From: Caldilineaceae bacterium
GTDB taxonomy: Bacteria > Chloroflexota > Anaerolineae > Caldilineales > Caldilineaceae
Length of the DNA stretch: 64,000 nt
Assembly: GCA_040381095.1 (NCBI GenBank)
Contig: JBEIHV010000001.1
Span: 32,951-96,950, forward strand
Reading direction: 5' to 3'
Part shown: positions 24,672 to 35,315 of the stretch, piece after piece
Numbering within the stretch: the stretch's first letter is position 1
How the letters are laid out: each line of letters begins with the position of its first letter
The notes under the pieces: model-generated
What the model was told of the DNA's origin: nothing
What the model saw: the letters and a program-made list of their open reading frames with translations, nothing else
The model's database searches: none
Made by a program: the position numbers and the translations under genes

Positions 24672-25447
24672 ATGGAACAAAACGGCTCTTCGCCTGTAAT
24701 TTCGCTGCGCGGCATCAAAAAGTTCTATCAGATGGGCGACGTCGAAGTGCGGGCGCTGCGCGGGGTCGATGTCGACATCTACTCCGGCGAAATGCTTGCC
24801 ATCATGGGGCCGAGCGGCAGCGGAAAATCGACCTTGATGAACATCATCGGGTGCCTGGATGTGCCCAGCGAAGGAGTCTATGAACTGGACGGCAAAGATG
24901 TCAGTCGGCTCAAGGACGACCAGTTGGCAGCGATCCGCAACCACAAAATTGGTTTTGTGTTTCAAAGCTTCAACCTGCTTCCGCGCACGACCGCCGTAGC
25001 GAACGTGGAACTGCCTCTGATCTATGGTGGAGTCAGCGGCCGTCAACGCCGCCAGCGCGCAGAAGATTCGCTGCGTCTGGTGGGTCTGGGCGAGCGGCTG
25101 GACCACAAACCCAACGAGCTGTCGGGCGGCCAGCAGCAGCGTGTCGCCATCGCCCGCGCCCTGGTCAACACCCCCTCGATGATTCTGGCCGACGAACCGA
25201 CCGGCAACCTGGACAGCAAGACCAGTATCGAAATCATGGAACTGTTTCAGCGGCTGAACCAGGAGCGCGGCATCACGATCGTCTTTGTGACCCACAACCC
25301 GGAGACAGCCGACTATTGTCACCGGGTTGTGCGCGTTCGCGATGGCATGGTCGAATCTGACATTTCCCGACGGGCGACGGCAGGAATCTATGCGACGGGG
25401 GGAGAGCCCCCTTCAGCCCCCCCCTCAGAGCCCCAGGAGGTACAGCC

Positions 25448-25451
<4 letters not shown>
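24672..25451 (+). CDS. MacB/LolD-type ABC transporter ATP-binding protein
   Basis: Walker [10 protein letters not shown], signature [15 protein letters not shown], Walker B ILADEPT. Alternative start at 24651. Confidence 0.9.
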
Positions 25452-26692
<1,241 letters not shown>

Positions 26693-26704
26693 GAAGGACA
26701 GAGG

Positions 26705-27313
26705 ATGAAGAGGGTGAAACGAGCCGGTTTGTTCTGGATGGCCAGCCTGGTGTGGGGGCTGGCAGGTTGCGGAGGGCCTCCACAGCCCACCCCGACCCCG
26801 ATCCCTGCTGAGGTCGTGCGGCCTGTCCAGCCGACGCCGGTCTACCCCAACCAGGCCACCATTTTTACGTCAGCTACCCCGCAGGGGACCCCTGTCTTGG
26901 TTGAACCAACTCCTGCATTGGGTGCCCCAGAACCGGCTGCGGCCGAGCGGCAGGTGTTGCCCATCGGCGAGATTCTCCCTTCGGCGCTGGGCATTGCCCC
27001 CAGCGGCGGTGCCATCTACGACGCGCCCAATGGGGCGGTGATCAAGCGTGTGCCCAGCACCGGCCTGTTGAACGTCACCGGCATCTCGGCAGATGGTCGC
27101 TGGCTGGCGGTTTACGACGACGAATCCGCCTATGGCTGGACACCCGTGGGGCAGCTGGTGCTTTTTGGCGCAGACGATCTGATCTCGGTCAGCCAGCCGT
27201 CTGACCCCAGTGTCGTCGCCACGCTGATCGCCGACGTGATGCAGCCCGTCAGCGTGCTGGATGCGCTGATGGCAACGCTGGAGGCCATCCCCCAGCCGGA
27301 GAACGAGCCCTGA
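26705..27313 (+). CDS. lipoprotein with an SH3b-like domain
   Basis: Signal peptide plus lipobox (LAGC). Pro/Thr-rich linker. The segment GAIYDAPNGAVIKRVPSTGLLNVTGISADGRWLAVYDDESAYGWTPVGQL resembles bacterial SH3 domains. Confidence 0.55.
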   Translation: MKRVKRAGLFWMASLVWGLAGCGGPPQPTPTPIPAEVVRPVQPTPVYPNQATIFTSATPQGTPVLVEPTPALGAPEPAAAERQVLPIGEILPSALGIAPSGGAIYDAPNGAVIKRVPSTGLLNVTGISADGRWLAVYDDESAYGWTPVGQLVLFGADDLISVSQPSDPSVVATLIADVMQPVSVLDALMATLEAIPQPENEP

Positions 27314-27343
27314 ACCGGTGGCTGCAGCCTCTTTCTCCGCCCT

Positions 27344-28267
27344 TCAATCGAGCTCCAGGCCGTGGAGAGCGGGCAGCACAGCAGCCAGAAAACGCAAAAA
27401 TGCGCGCGTGGCTGGTGAAAAGAGCGCGTTGCGATTCCACACCAGCTTGAGGGTGCGCAGCAGCGGCCGCCCTTCCAATGCGATCATGTGCAGCAGCTTC
27501 AGCTCCAACTCGGCCCGGACTGCATAGTCGGGCAGGATCGCCAGATCCTCTCCCCTGGCCACTGCCCGTTTGATCGACTCGACTGTATCGAACTCGGCGG
27601 TGACTTGGACCTGCAAATCAGCCTGTTGCAGTGCCTGCTCCAGCCAGATGCGGGTCTGGCTGGAACGCTGACGCATGACCATGTTCTGGCCGGATAAATC
27701 AGCCAGCCGCACGCTTTTCCTTCCCCACCAGGGATGTCTGGGGCCCACCACGACAAATTGTTCGTTCTCTTCCAGCGCCAACATCCCCAGCCCAGTGCGG
27801 TCAACGCCTGTGTCAAGTTCTCCTTCGATCAGCCCCAGATCCAGCTGACCAGAGCGCAGCCCAGCCACGATCTGGGGTGTGATGCCAGTCTGTACAACGA
27901 CCGTCCGCTTGGGAGAACGCTGGCGAAAGGCTTGAACCCAGTCGGGCAGCAGGTAGACACTGACCCCTGGGGTCGCCCCCACCACGATCTGGCCAGCAGC
28001 CAGGTTGTTCACATCGGCCACGGCGTTCTCGGCTTCGGCCAACAGACGCAGAATTTGGAGCGTATATTCGTGCAGAACTCTTCCAGCCTGGGTCAGCGTG
28101 ACCCCGCGGCGCCCACGCTGGAAGAGCGATGTCCCCAAGTGAGATTCCAGATCCTGGATATGCTGGCTGATGGCCGGCTGGGTCAACAACAGACGTTCAG
28201 CGGCTGCGCTGAAGCTGCCAGTCTGGACGACGATCGCAAAAATTTCCAACTTGTAGAGATTTAGCAT
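27344..28267 (-). CDS. LysR-family transcriptional regulator
   Basis: 307 aa. N-terminal wHTH (FSAAAERLLLTQPAISQHIQDLE) plus a LysR substrate-binding domain. Divergent from the rhodanese operon. Confidence 0.9.
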   Translation of the reverse strand: MLNLYKLEIFAIVVQTGSFSAAAERLLLTQPAISQHIQDLESHLGTSLFQRGRRGVTLTQAGRVLHEYTLQILRLLAEAENAVADVNNLAAGQIVVGATPGVSVYLLPDWVQAFRQRSPKRTVVVQTGITPQIVAGLRSGQLDLGLIEGELDTGVDRTGLGMLALEENEQFVVVGPRHPWWGRKSVRLADLSGQNMVMRQRSSQTRIWLEQALQQADLQVQVTAEFDTVESIKRAVARGEDLAILPDYAVRAELELKLLHMIALEGRPLLRTLKLVWNRNALFSPATRAFLRFLAAVLPALHGLELD

Positions 28268-28371
28268 AACCCTTTACGAATGGCAATGATAAGCCAATGG
28301 GGGGTGCTCGGCAAATTCAGACAGTGTATAGTAAAGCACAGAAGCGCTGATCAAGAACAAGGAGGAGGACA

Positions 28372-28731
28372 ATGAGTTTTTTAAATCGACTGTTTGGCAG
28401 CTCCGGGGCAGAAGAGGGCCATGCTTTGGTGAATCCAGCCGACTACAAGGCCCGTTATCTCGACGGCCACAAGGCACACACCCTGGTCGATGTGCGCACG
28501 GCAGAGGAGTTTGCCGCCGGGTATATTGCTGGAGCCATCCATGTCAGCCTGCAGGAACTGCCGCAAAAGATGAACTGTATTCCCAAGGACAAGCCGGTGG
28601 TTGTCTACTGCCGCAGCGGCAACCGCAGCGCACTGGCCGCCAATCTGCTGCGCCAGGCGGGCTACACCGAAGTGTACGACCTGGGTGGGATCCTCGACTG
28701 GGCGCGGCAGGGGCTGCCGATTGTTTTCTGA
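28372..28731 (+). CDS. single-domain rhodanese sulfurtransferase
   Basis: 119 aa with GGAGGAGGA upstream. The active-site loop is YCRSGNRSA. Confidence 0.85.
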   Translation: MSFLNRLFGSSGAEEGHALVNPADYKARYLDGHKAHTLVDVRTAEEFAAGYIAGAIHVSLQELPQKMNCIPKDKPVVVYCRSGNRSALAANLLRQAGYTEVYDLGGILDWARQGLPIVF

Positions 28732-28776
28732 AGTGCATCGCACTTGTTTTAAGACCATAGTGTGCAGGAGGGGACA

Positions 28777-30204
28777 ATGCTGCTGCGTTATTTTTACGAC
28801 GAGAAACTGGCACAGGCCAGCTACCTGGTCGGCTGTGTAGCGACTGGGGAGGCCTTGGTTGTAGACCCAGCCCGCAACGTGCTCCCGTATCTGCGGGCTG
28901 CAGAAAAAGAGGGGGTGCGGATCACCCATGTGACGGAGACCCACATCCATGCTGATTTTGTCAGCGGCAGCCGGGAGCTGGCGGCCGTGACAGGGGCAGG
29001 GCTCTATCTGAGCGACATGGGAGATGCCCACTGGAAATATGGGTACGGGGACGAGGCGGGTGTGCATCTGGTGCGTGAAGGCGACAGCTGGCAGGTGGGC
29101 AATATTCGTGTGGAAGTCCTGCACACCCCGGGCCACACGCCAGAACAGATTGCGTTTTTGATCACAGACACTGCCGGCGCCGATCAGCCAATAGGGGTCT
29201 TCACGGGCGATTTTTTGTTTGTCGGCGATGTCGGTCGCCCCGATCTGTTGGAGGTGGCAGCTGGCTACAAAGGCACCAAAGAGACTGGGGCGCGCCAGCA
29301 GTACCGGACGGTGCAGCGTTTCAGAAAGATGGCCGACCATCTGCAGATCTGGCCCGGCCACGGCGCTGGCAGCGCCTGTGGCAAGGCGTTGGGGGCAATT
29401 CCGTCGACGACAGCGGGCTATGAGAAGCTGTTCAATCCTGCCTTTCGTTTCGACCAGGAAGAGGCATTTGTGGCGTGGCTGCTCGACAGCCAGCCAGAGC
29501 CGCCCAGGTATTTTGCGCAGATGAAAAAGGTGAACAAGTTGGGCCCGCCGCTGACCCGCTCGTTGCCGACGCCCTCCCACTACGACCGTTCGAGGCTGGA
29601 TCGTCTGCTCCAGGAGGGCGGGCAGGTCTTTGACCTGCGCAACCGCGGGCAGTTTGCCGCAGCGCATGTGCCGGGCACTGTCAACGTGCCGGCAGACCAC
29701 CCGAGCTTCGTCACCCAAATCGGCTGGCTTGTCGACTACGACCGTCCAGTCTACGTGTTGCTGCCTTCGATCGACGCCGAGCGCGAGGTGCTCAACGACC
29801 TGCGCTCGATCGGGGTCGACAACGTGCCGGGCTATTTCAGCCCGGAGGTGCTGGCGCACCGCACCCAGGCGCTGGCAGTGGTCACCGCCCGAGAACTGGC
29901 TCAGCGGCTGCCGCACGAAGATCTGCTGATCCTCGATGTGCGCGGGCGAAGCGAATACCACGAAAAACATATCGTCGGGGCCCGGCATATTGCGCTGGGC
30001 TACCTGCCCGGCCAGTTGGCAAGCTTGCCCACCGATCGCACGATCGTGACCCAGTGTGCCAGTGGGTACCGTTCGCAGATTGCTGCCAGCCTGCTGGCAG
30101 CAGCTGGGTTCGACAGCGTGCTCTCCCTCAACGAAGGGATGGAATGCTGGTCCCGGTTCCTGCCTACCGAGAGCAGTGTGGCCCAGGAGACTGTGCGGGG
30201 GTGA
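28777..30204 (+). CDS. MBL-fold (persulfide-dioxygenase-like) enzyme fused to two rhodanese domains, CstB-like
   Basis: The ATG at 28777 follows AGGAGGGG. Metal motif ETHIHADFVSG. The middle rhodanese-like domain has no Cys. The C-terminal rhodanese has an active-site QCASGYRS. Confidence 0.8.
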   Translation: MLLRYFYDEKLAQASYLVGCVATGEALVVDPARNVLPYLRAAEKEGVRITHVTETHIHADFVSGSRELAAVTGAGLYLSDMGDAHWKYGYGDEAGVHLVREGDSWQVGNIRVEVLHTPGHTPEQIAFLITDTAGADQPIGVFTGDFLFVGDVGRPDLLEVAAGYKGTKETGARQQYRTVQRFRKMADHLQIWPGHGAGSACGKALGAIPSTTAGYEKLFNPAFRFDQEEAFVAWLLDSQPEPPRYFAQMKKVNKLGPPLTRSLPTPSHYDRSRLDRLLQEGGQVFDLRNRGQFAAAHVPGTVNVPADHPSFVTQIGWLVDYDRPVYVLLPSIDAEREVLNDLRSIGVDNVPGYFSPEVLAHRTQALAVVTARELAQRLPHEDLLILDVRGRSEYHEKHIVGARHIALGYLPGQLASLPTDRTIVTQCASGYRSQIAASLLAAAGFDSVLSLNEGMECWSRFLPTESSVAQETVRG

Positions 30205-30246
30205 TCGGCGGCGTGCTGTCGTCGGAGAGGGAAAGGTCAACGGTCG

Positions 30247-31011
30247 GTGATCGAACAAATTCTGATCGATATTCTGCTGGGGTTTGCGATCGGGCTCTCG
30301 TTGGGTCTGCTCGGCGGGGGCGGGTCGATTCTGACGGTGCCGGCGCTGGTCTATGTCGTGGGCCAGACGCCGCAGGCTGCTGTAACAGCATCGCTGGTGA
30401 TTGTAGGGGCCAACAGCCTGATCGGGGCCTTCATGCACCGTTCGCAGGGAACTCTGAACTGGCGGGTGGCGGTGATCTTCGGCGGGGTCGGCATGGTGGC
30501 TGCCTATCTCTCTGCGGGCTGGTCCAAGCTGCTGCCGTCGACCGCGCTGATGATCCTCTTTGCGCTGTTGATGGTGGTTGTTGGGCTTTTGATGGCGCTT
30601 GGGCCGCAGCCGGCCCAGGCTGCGGGTGGGGGACGCAGCTGGTTGGTGACCGCAGCCAGCGGGGGCGGGGTCGGCACCCTGACCGGCTTTCTTGGGGTGG
30701 GAGGGGGTTTTCTGATCGTGCCGGCACTGGTGATGTGGGTTGGGCTGCCGATCCGCCAGGCAGTCGGCACGTCGCTCGTGGTGATCGCCATGAACAGTCT
30801 GGCTGGCTTTCTGGGCCACCTGGATGGCCCGCCGCTTGACGCGCAGGTCGTCGCCATTTTTGTGGGTGCCGGGCTGACCGGCGCCCTGCTCGGGGCAAGG
30901 CTGGCGCGGGCTGTACACCCAGCGCATCTGCGCAGAGCCTTTGCCTTGTTCGTCATCGTGTTGGCACTTTTTTTGTTGGTGGACAACGCGCAGAAGCTGG
31001 GTTGGCTGTAA
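30247..31011 (+). CDS. TauE/SafE-family sulfite/anion exporter
   Basis: 254 aa with about 8 TM helices. Duplicated GGGGSIL / GVGGGFLIVPAL motifs are characteristic of the family. Confidence 0.85.
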   Translation: MIEQILIDILLGFAIGLSLGLLGGGGSILTVPALVYVVGQTPQAAVTASLVIVGANSLIGAFMHRSQGTLNWRVAVIFGGVGMVAAYLSAGWSKLLPSTALMILFALLMVVVGLLMALGPQPAQAAGGGRSWLVTAASGGGVGTLTGFLGVGGGFLIVPALVMWVGLPIRQAVGTSLVVIAMNSLAGFLGHLDGPPLDAQVVAIFVGAGLTGALLGARLARAVHPAHLRRAFALFVIVLALFLLVDNAQKLGWL

Positions 31012-31081
31012 GATCACAGAAGGGCCGCAAGCGGAGGGGCTCGCTTGCGGGAAGGTAGGATCAAAGACAAGGAGTGTGTAG

Positions 31082-31285
31082 ATGCCATTGTACGAATATG
31101 TCTGTGCACAGTGCGGAACATTTTTTGAACACTGGATGCGCAGCGCAGGCGTGCCAGACACAGTGTTCTGCCCGCATTGTCAGAGCCAGGAGGTCAGCAA
31201 AAAGTTTTCTACCTTTGGGATGAAAGGCGGTTCTGGGGCAAGCAGTGCGTCGGCGGGCGATAACTGTGCTCCAGGTGGTGGTTGA
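31082..31285 (+). CDS. FmdB-family zinc-ribbon protein
   Basis: 67 aa. MPLYEYVCAQCG...CPHCQS gives the CxxC...CxxC pattern typical of the FmdB/CxxC_CxxC_SSSS family. Confidence 0.8.
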   Translation: MPLYEYVCAQCGTFFEHWMRSAGVPDTVFCPHCQSQEVSKKFSTFGMKGGSGASSASAGDNCAPGGG

Positions 31286-31327
31286 GGGCTGCGCTGGACA
31301 AGCTGACCGTGTGTCGGCCTTCACAAA

Positions 31328-31361
31328 CAGACGGCTCCAGGAATGTTCCTGGAGCCGTCTG
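31328..31361 (+). terminator. perfect inverted repeat downstream of the zinc-ribbon gene (terminator-like hairpin without a U tract)
   Basis: CAGACGGCTCCAGGAA-TG-TTCCTGGAGCCGTCTG. It is followed by a 14-bp tandem repeat, CCGTCTGCATTGGG twice (31355-31382). Confidence 0.4.
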
Positions 31362-31878
31362 CATTGGGCCGTCTGCATTGGGCAGACTGCAATACTATCG
31401 TCAGACCCGCCGGCAGAACCCGAGGAATCCACGGCCAATGGGCCATCCAAAATTCTGACAAACTTGCCGCAATTTGCCACTCTTTTGCACACCGTTTGCC
31501 ATGCAACAGTCATCTTAAAAATGTTATCTTGTTTTTAAGAGTTCCTCCAGTTCGATACCTTGGCTTTGTACCAGCATCAAGAAACGGAAGGCTACAACAC
31601 GCTCATCTTGCTCTTCAGTCACGACAAGATTGCCCCCACTGACCTTTGCGGGCTGCGCTGGTCCTCTCGCAGGGGTCGCTCTTCATCTATTCGCCCGAGT
31701 CGTCGCTGTCTTGCATCCCCCGTGTACCAACCGATCCTCTGCCTGCTCGCCCGACACAACATCACTGGAATCGATTGCCGGCCTCTTCGTGCAGTCTGTG
31801 CTTTTCCAAGTTGCAGTCGACTGCCTCAGCCAGATCCAGTTTTTCATAACATCCACCAACAAGAGGAGGTATACTATT

Positions 31879-33126
31879 ATGCAAGTAAATCAAAAAAATC
31901 AGCATAGACTTCCTCGTATACCTGGCCAGTCTTCAGGAACCGCGACAAAGACGGTTGGACAGCTGAACGGTTTGAGCGCCGTCAAGGATCAGCCTGCCAT
32001 TGGCAGCGGGCTGTTTGCACTGGTTGTTGATAAAAATTTCACGATCAACCGCCTGCTTCAACATCGTCTGCAGATTTACGGCTTTATCGTGGCCAGCGTG
32101 TTCGACTTCGGGGATGCTCTGCAGATTCTTCAGCGTCAGCCATCACCCGATCTGATTTTTCTTGACATTTGGCTGCCGGGTCTCAATGGGCTGGACATAC
32201 TGGAACAACTGCGCAGGATGGAGATCGATGCAGCCATCATCATCAACACTGCGTCCACTTCCCTCGATCAGGCGGTGGATGCGTTGCGTCTCGGCGCCGA
32301 CGACTATCTGCGCAAGCCGTTCAGCACCGTCGAACTGACCGCTGTCCTCAATCGTACCCTTATCCGGTTACAGTTGCGCCGTCAGAATGCTCTGCTTCGA
32401 GCGCAGCTCGATGAAAAACACCGCCAACTGGAAGCTGAACTGCACCACGCCGCCCAGATTCAGCAGGGGTTGCTGCCGCAGCATGTGCCCGAAGTGCCCA
32501 ACTACGGGTTTGCCGCCTGCTGCCTGCCGGCGCGCGAAGTCGGCGGCGACTACTACGACTGGCATCTGTCAAGCAGCGGCGTCCTCAATTTTTCGCTGGT
32601 CGATGTGATGGGCAAAGGGATGCCCGCCGCGCTGCTGATGGCGACGACGCGTGCCTCGTTGCGCACCGTAGCCCCCAGCAAGACCCCGGCCGATGCGATC
32701 TGCGATGTCTGCGCCGCCATCGGCGACGACCTGAATCGGCTTGACTCCTTCGTCACCCTTTTTCTCGGTCAGTTGAATGAGCACAGGCTGACGTATGTCG
32801 ATGCCGGACATGGACATTGGTTTATGCGTCGCGCCGACGGTTCCTGCGAGACGTTCGCCAGGTTCAATCTGCCGCTCGGCATTCTACCCGATGTTGCCTA
32901 CGAAGAGTCGTCTACCGTGCTGAGCCAGGGTGACGCGTTGGTGATATACAGCGACGGTTTGGTGGATGCGCGCCCGGACCTTGAACTGACACCGCAGCAA
33001 CTGAATACGTTGATAGCAGACGCCAACAGCGCGGCGGAAATTCGTGCGCGGCTCATGGCGTTGGTCGTCGACCACAACGAGCTGACCGACGATCTGACCG
33101 TGCTGATTTTATTTCGTTATGTCTGA
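31879..33126 (+). CDS. response-regulator receiver fused to a PP2C/SpoIIE-type serine phosphatase (RsbU/RsbP-like)
   Basis: The ATG at 31879 lies 9 nt after AAGAGGAGG; the listed ORF starts at 31630. The REC domain has the acceptor Asp (LIFLDIWLPG), Thr (IINTAS) and Lys (LRKPF). The PP2C domain has REVGGDYYDW, DVMGKGMPAALLM and SDGLVDA. Confidence 0.85.
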   Translation: MQVNQKNQHRLPRIPGQSSGTATKTVGQLNGLSAVKDQPAIGSGLFALVVDKNFTINRLLQHRLQIYGFIVASVFDFGDALQILQRQPSPDLIFLDIWLPGLNGLDILEQLRRMEIDAAIIINTASTSLDQAVDALRLGADDYLRKPFSTVELTAVLNRTLIRLQLRRQNALLRAQLDEKHRQLEAELHHAAQIQQGLLPQHVPEVPNYGFAACCLPAREVGGDYYDWHLSSSGVLNFSLVDVMGKGMPAALLMATTRASLRTVAPSKTPADAICDVCAAIGDDLNRLDSFVTLFLGQLNEHRLTYVDAGHGHWFMRRADGSCETFARFNLPLGILPDVAYEESSTVLSQGDALVIYSDGLVDARPDLELTPQQLNTLIADANSAAEIRARLMALVVDHNELTDDLTVLILFRYV

Positions 33127-33182
33127 TGTTCCAAGTCTGCTGCGCTACATGACGTATACAGAGAGGAAAAAGTCCAGCCTGA

Positions 33183-35315
33183 ATGTGTAAAATTTTTCGT
33201 GATTTCCTGACAATCTTGCTCATCCTCTTCCCAATTCTTGTTCCACTGCAGCCTGCTCGTGCACAAGAAGACGCTGATGCGCTGACAACCTCGACGCATA
33301 CGCTGCGTTCGTTCGGTTACGGCGATCAGTCTGCGCGCGGCATTTACGCCACGCTTGACTACTATTTCGCGGCGCCGCCTGGCCGCATTCCTACGGAAGG
33401 CTCGCGGCTTGACTTGACATACAGCCATTCGCCGTTGCTCAACCCGGCGCTCTCCACAATGACGGTCGTCGTCGACGGACAAAGTATGACCAGCGTTGCC
33501 CTCGAGGGTGCCGCATCGTCTCCGCAGCGACTGAGCGTTTCTCTACCCGTGGCGCGATTTGCACAGCCCTCTCAACGTGACGGCGTCGGTTTTTTCGTGC
33601 AAATTCAGTTTTATCTACGCCTCACCGACGATGTGTGCGAAGTGCCCGACAATGCAGCGTTGTGGGCAACGGTGCACGCCGACTCCACACTGACGCTGGT
33701 CACGCAGCCAGTCGACACAATCCGTACCTGGGGAGCGCTTTTTGTGCGGCCGGACGGCGCCGGCAGAACCGAACCGGCGATCTTTGCCATCCCGCAATTT
33801 GCCACGGCCGACGTTGCGACGCTGCAAGCTGCCGGTGCAGTGGCCTATCAATTTGGGCAGTGGGCAGGTGCCCGCAATCTTGACCCACAGATCACGGTAG
33901 CGACAGCCCTGCCGCCGTTGACGCCTGAAGCGGCGCCCAGTTTCCTGATCGCCGAAGGTTCTGCAGCGGGCGTTGACAGGTTCGGCGCGCTGCGCTGGAA
34001 CGGCAATGCATTTGCTGTGGACTCCACACCGATCGGCGCCGACGCCGGTGTGCTGGCGCTGCGCATCGACGGCCAGAGCACGCAGATGCTGGTCAGCGGT
34101 GCTTCCACGGCGGCACTGCAGCAAGCCGCTGCGGCGTTGGTGACGCCTGAGCGCCGTGCACTGCTGGAAGGCGACTATGCCATTGTCAACGATGCCCCGG
34201 TGGCGTCGCTGCCTGCGCACGCCTGGGACAACAGTGCAGCCAGCTTTGCACAGCTTGGCTTGGGCAGCCGCACGTTCACTGGCCTCGGCGAGCAGAGCGC
34301 TACCTATTACATTGTGCGACCGGCAGGCTGGCTTTTGCGCGACGAGAGTTATCTGCTGCTTGATCTGCGCAGCACCCCTGGCCTTGCCGCGCCGGAATCA
34401 TGGGTCGGTGTGCGCATCAACGGGTACGATCTCGGCGCTCAGCCACTCGACACCGGACGTCGCGAACCGTATCGCTTTGCGCTGCCGCCTGATCGGTTCA
34501 CCACCGGCCTTGACGGCCAGCCGCTGCGCCGTCTCACCACCGAGGTGCGCGTTTTTCTGGCCATCGACAACGAAGGCTGTACACAGATTTCACCGCAAGG
34601 CGCACAGGTCACCCTTCTCGACACCTCGCGCCTCTACCTGTACCACGACGACTTCGCCGGGCTGGATTTGGGGCGGTTCCCTGCCCCTCTGCGCAGCGAG
34701 ACACCGACCTACGTCGTGTTGCCCGATGTTCCGGACGAGGCTGACTTGCACGCCGGTCTTGCCGTTATGGCTGCGTTTGGCCGCTGGACAGTGGAGCGCG
34801 CCTCCGTGCTGCCCAGCCTTGTGCGCGCCGACATGCTTGGCCCCGAACAGCTGCGCAGCGCCAGCCTTATCCTTATCGGCGGGCCGGATCGCAACAGCGT
34901 CAGCGCCGCAATGGCTGCGCAGTCGCCCGACATTTTTGCACCGGTGCAGCCTGCAAGTGTACAGACTGGCACTGCGGCGACTGTCGGCCTGCTCGGCGTT
35001 GCGCGCTCCCCGTTTGCGGGTCAGCACACCGTGATCGCCCTGCTCGACGACGTTGTGATGGCTGCCACTGCTCTCAGCAGCCACACAATTGAGACGCTGC
35101 GCGGCCAGCGTGCTCTGGTGCGCGCCACCACGCCGCAGATCCTGGCTGTGGCCGATCCGGCGGCAGTGCCGCCGGAGACGCTTGCCCCGCAGCTGGTCGT
35201 CCCGCTCATACAGAGCATTCCGCCCTGGCAGATCGTCGGTGCCGTGCTGCTCGGCGCGTTTGTCGCCGCCATTGTCGTCTTTGTTAGCCTGCGCTACCGA
35301 CCCAGAAAAATGTGA
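33183..35315 (+). CDS. bcsB: BcsB-like periplasmic/extracytoplasmic subunit of a cellulose-synthase-type complex
   Basis: Signal peptide (..LQPARA/QE). Two copies of the BcsB-type pattern (..G....G......Y.....P......L.L.YS.SP.L....S...V.V.G). One C-terminal TM anchor (WQIVGAVLLGAFVAAIVVFV). 4-nt overlap with the synthase gene. Confidence 0.7.
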   Translation: MCKIFRDFLTILLILFPILVPLQPARAQEDADALTTSTHTLRSFGYGDQSARGIYATLDYYFAAPPGRIPTEGSRLDLTYSHSPLLNPALSTMTVVVDGQSMTSVALEGAASSPQRLSVSLPVARFAQPSQRDGVGFFVQIQFYLRLTDDVCEVPDNAALWATVHADSTLTLVTQPVDTIRTWGALFVRPDGAGRTEPAIFAIPQFATADVATLQAAGAVAYQFGQWAGARNLDPQITVATALPPLTPEAAPSFLIAEGSAAGVDRFGALRWNGNAFAVDSTPIGADAGVLALRIDGQSTQMLVSGASTAALQQAAAALVTPERRALLEGDYAIVNDAPVASLPAHAWDNSAASFAQLGLGSRTFTGLGEQSATYYIVRPAGWLLRDESYLLLDLRSTPGLAAPESWVGVRINGYDLGAQPLDTGRREPYRFALPPDRFTTGLDGQPLRRLTTEVRVFLAIDNEGCTQISPQGAQVTLLDTSRLYLYHDDFAGLDLGRFPAPLRSETPTYVVLPDVPDEADLHAGLAVMAAFGRWTVERASVLPSLVRADMLGPEQLRSASLILIGGPDRNSVSAAMAAQSPDIFAPVQPASVQTGTAATVGLLGVARSPFAGQHTVIALLDDVVMAATALSSHTIETLRGQRALVRATTPQILAVADPAAVPPETLAPQLVVPLIQSIPPWQIVGAVLLGAFVAAIVVFVSLRYRPRKM

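Noticed and set aside
28381-31161. A 926-aa minus-strand ORF, the longest in the track.
   Set aside because: It runs antisense to four + strand genes with clear family motifs (rhodanese, CstB-like, TauE, zinc ribbon). Its translation is Arg/Pro/Gln/His-rich low-complexity sequence with no recognisable domain. This is the typical shadow ORF of GC-rich coding DNA.
31520-31847. A minus-strand reading frame (MKNWIWLRQ...ANR, then an in-frame TGA, then ...VVTEEQDERVVAFRFLMLVQSQGIELEELLKTR) that could be a pseudogene or a recoded small gene.
   Set aside because: It is interrupted by an in-frame TGA, has no ribosome-binding site and matches no recognisable family. Either half is under 55 codons. 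The evidence is insufficient for a CDS or pseudogene call.
31630-31878. N-terminal extensions offered by the ORF track for several genes: 31630 for REC-PP2C, 5955 for the GT2, 48329 for the rhodanese, 55662 for the NMT1-like gene, 47256 for YeeE and 21859 for the dehydrogenase.
   Set aside because: The extended parts are Arg/Pro/Cys-rich or overlap neighbouring genes. Internal ATGs are preceded by good Shine-Dalgarno sites and coincide with the normal family N-termini.
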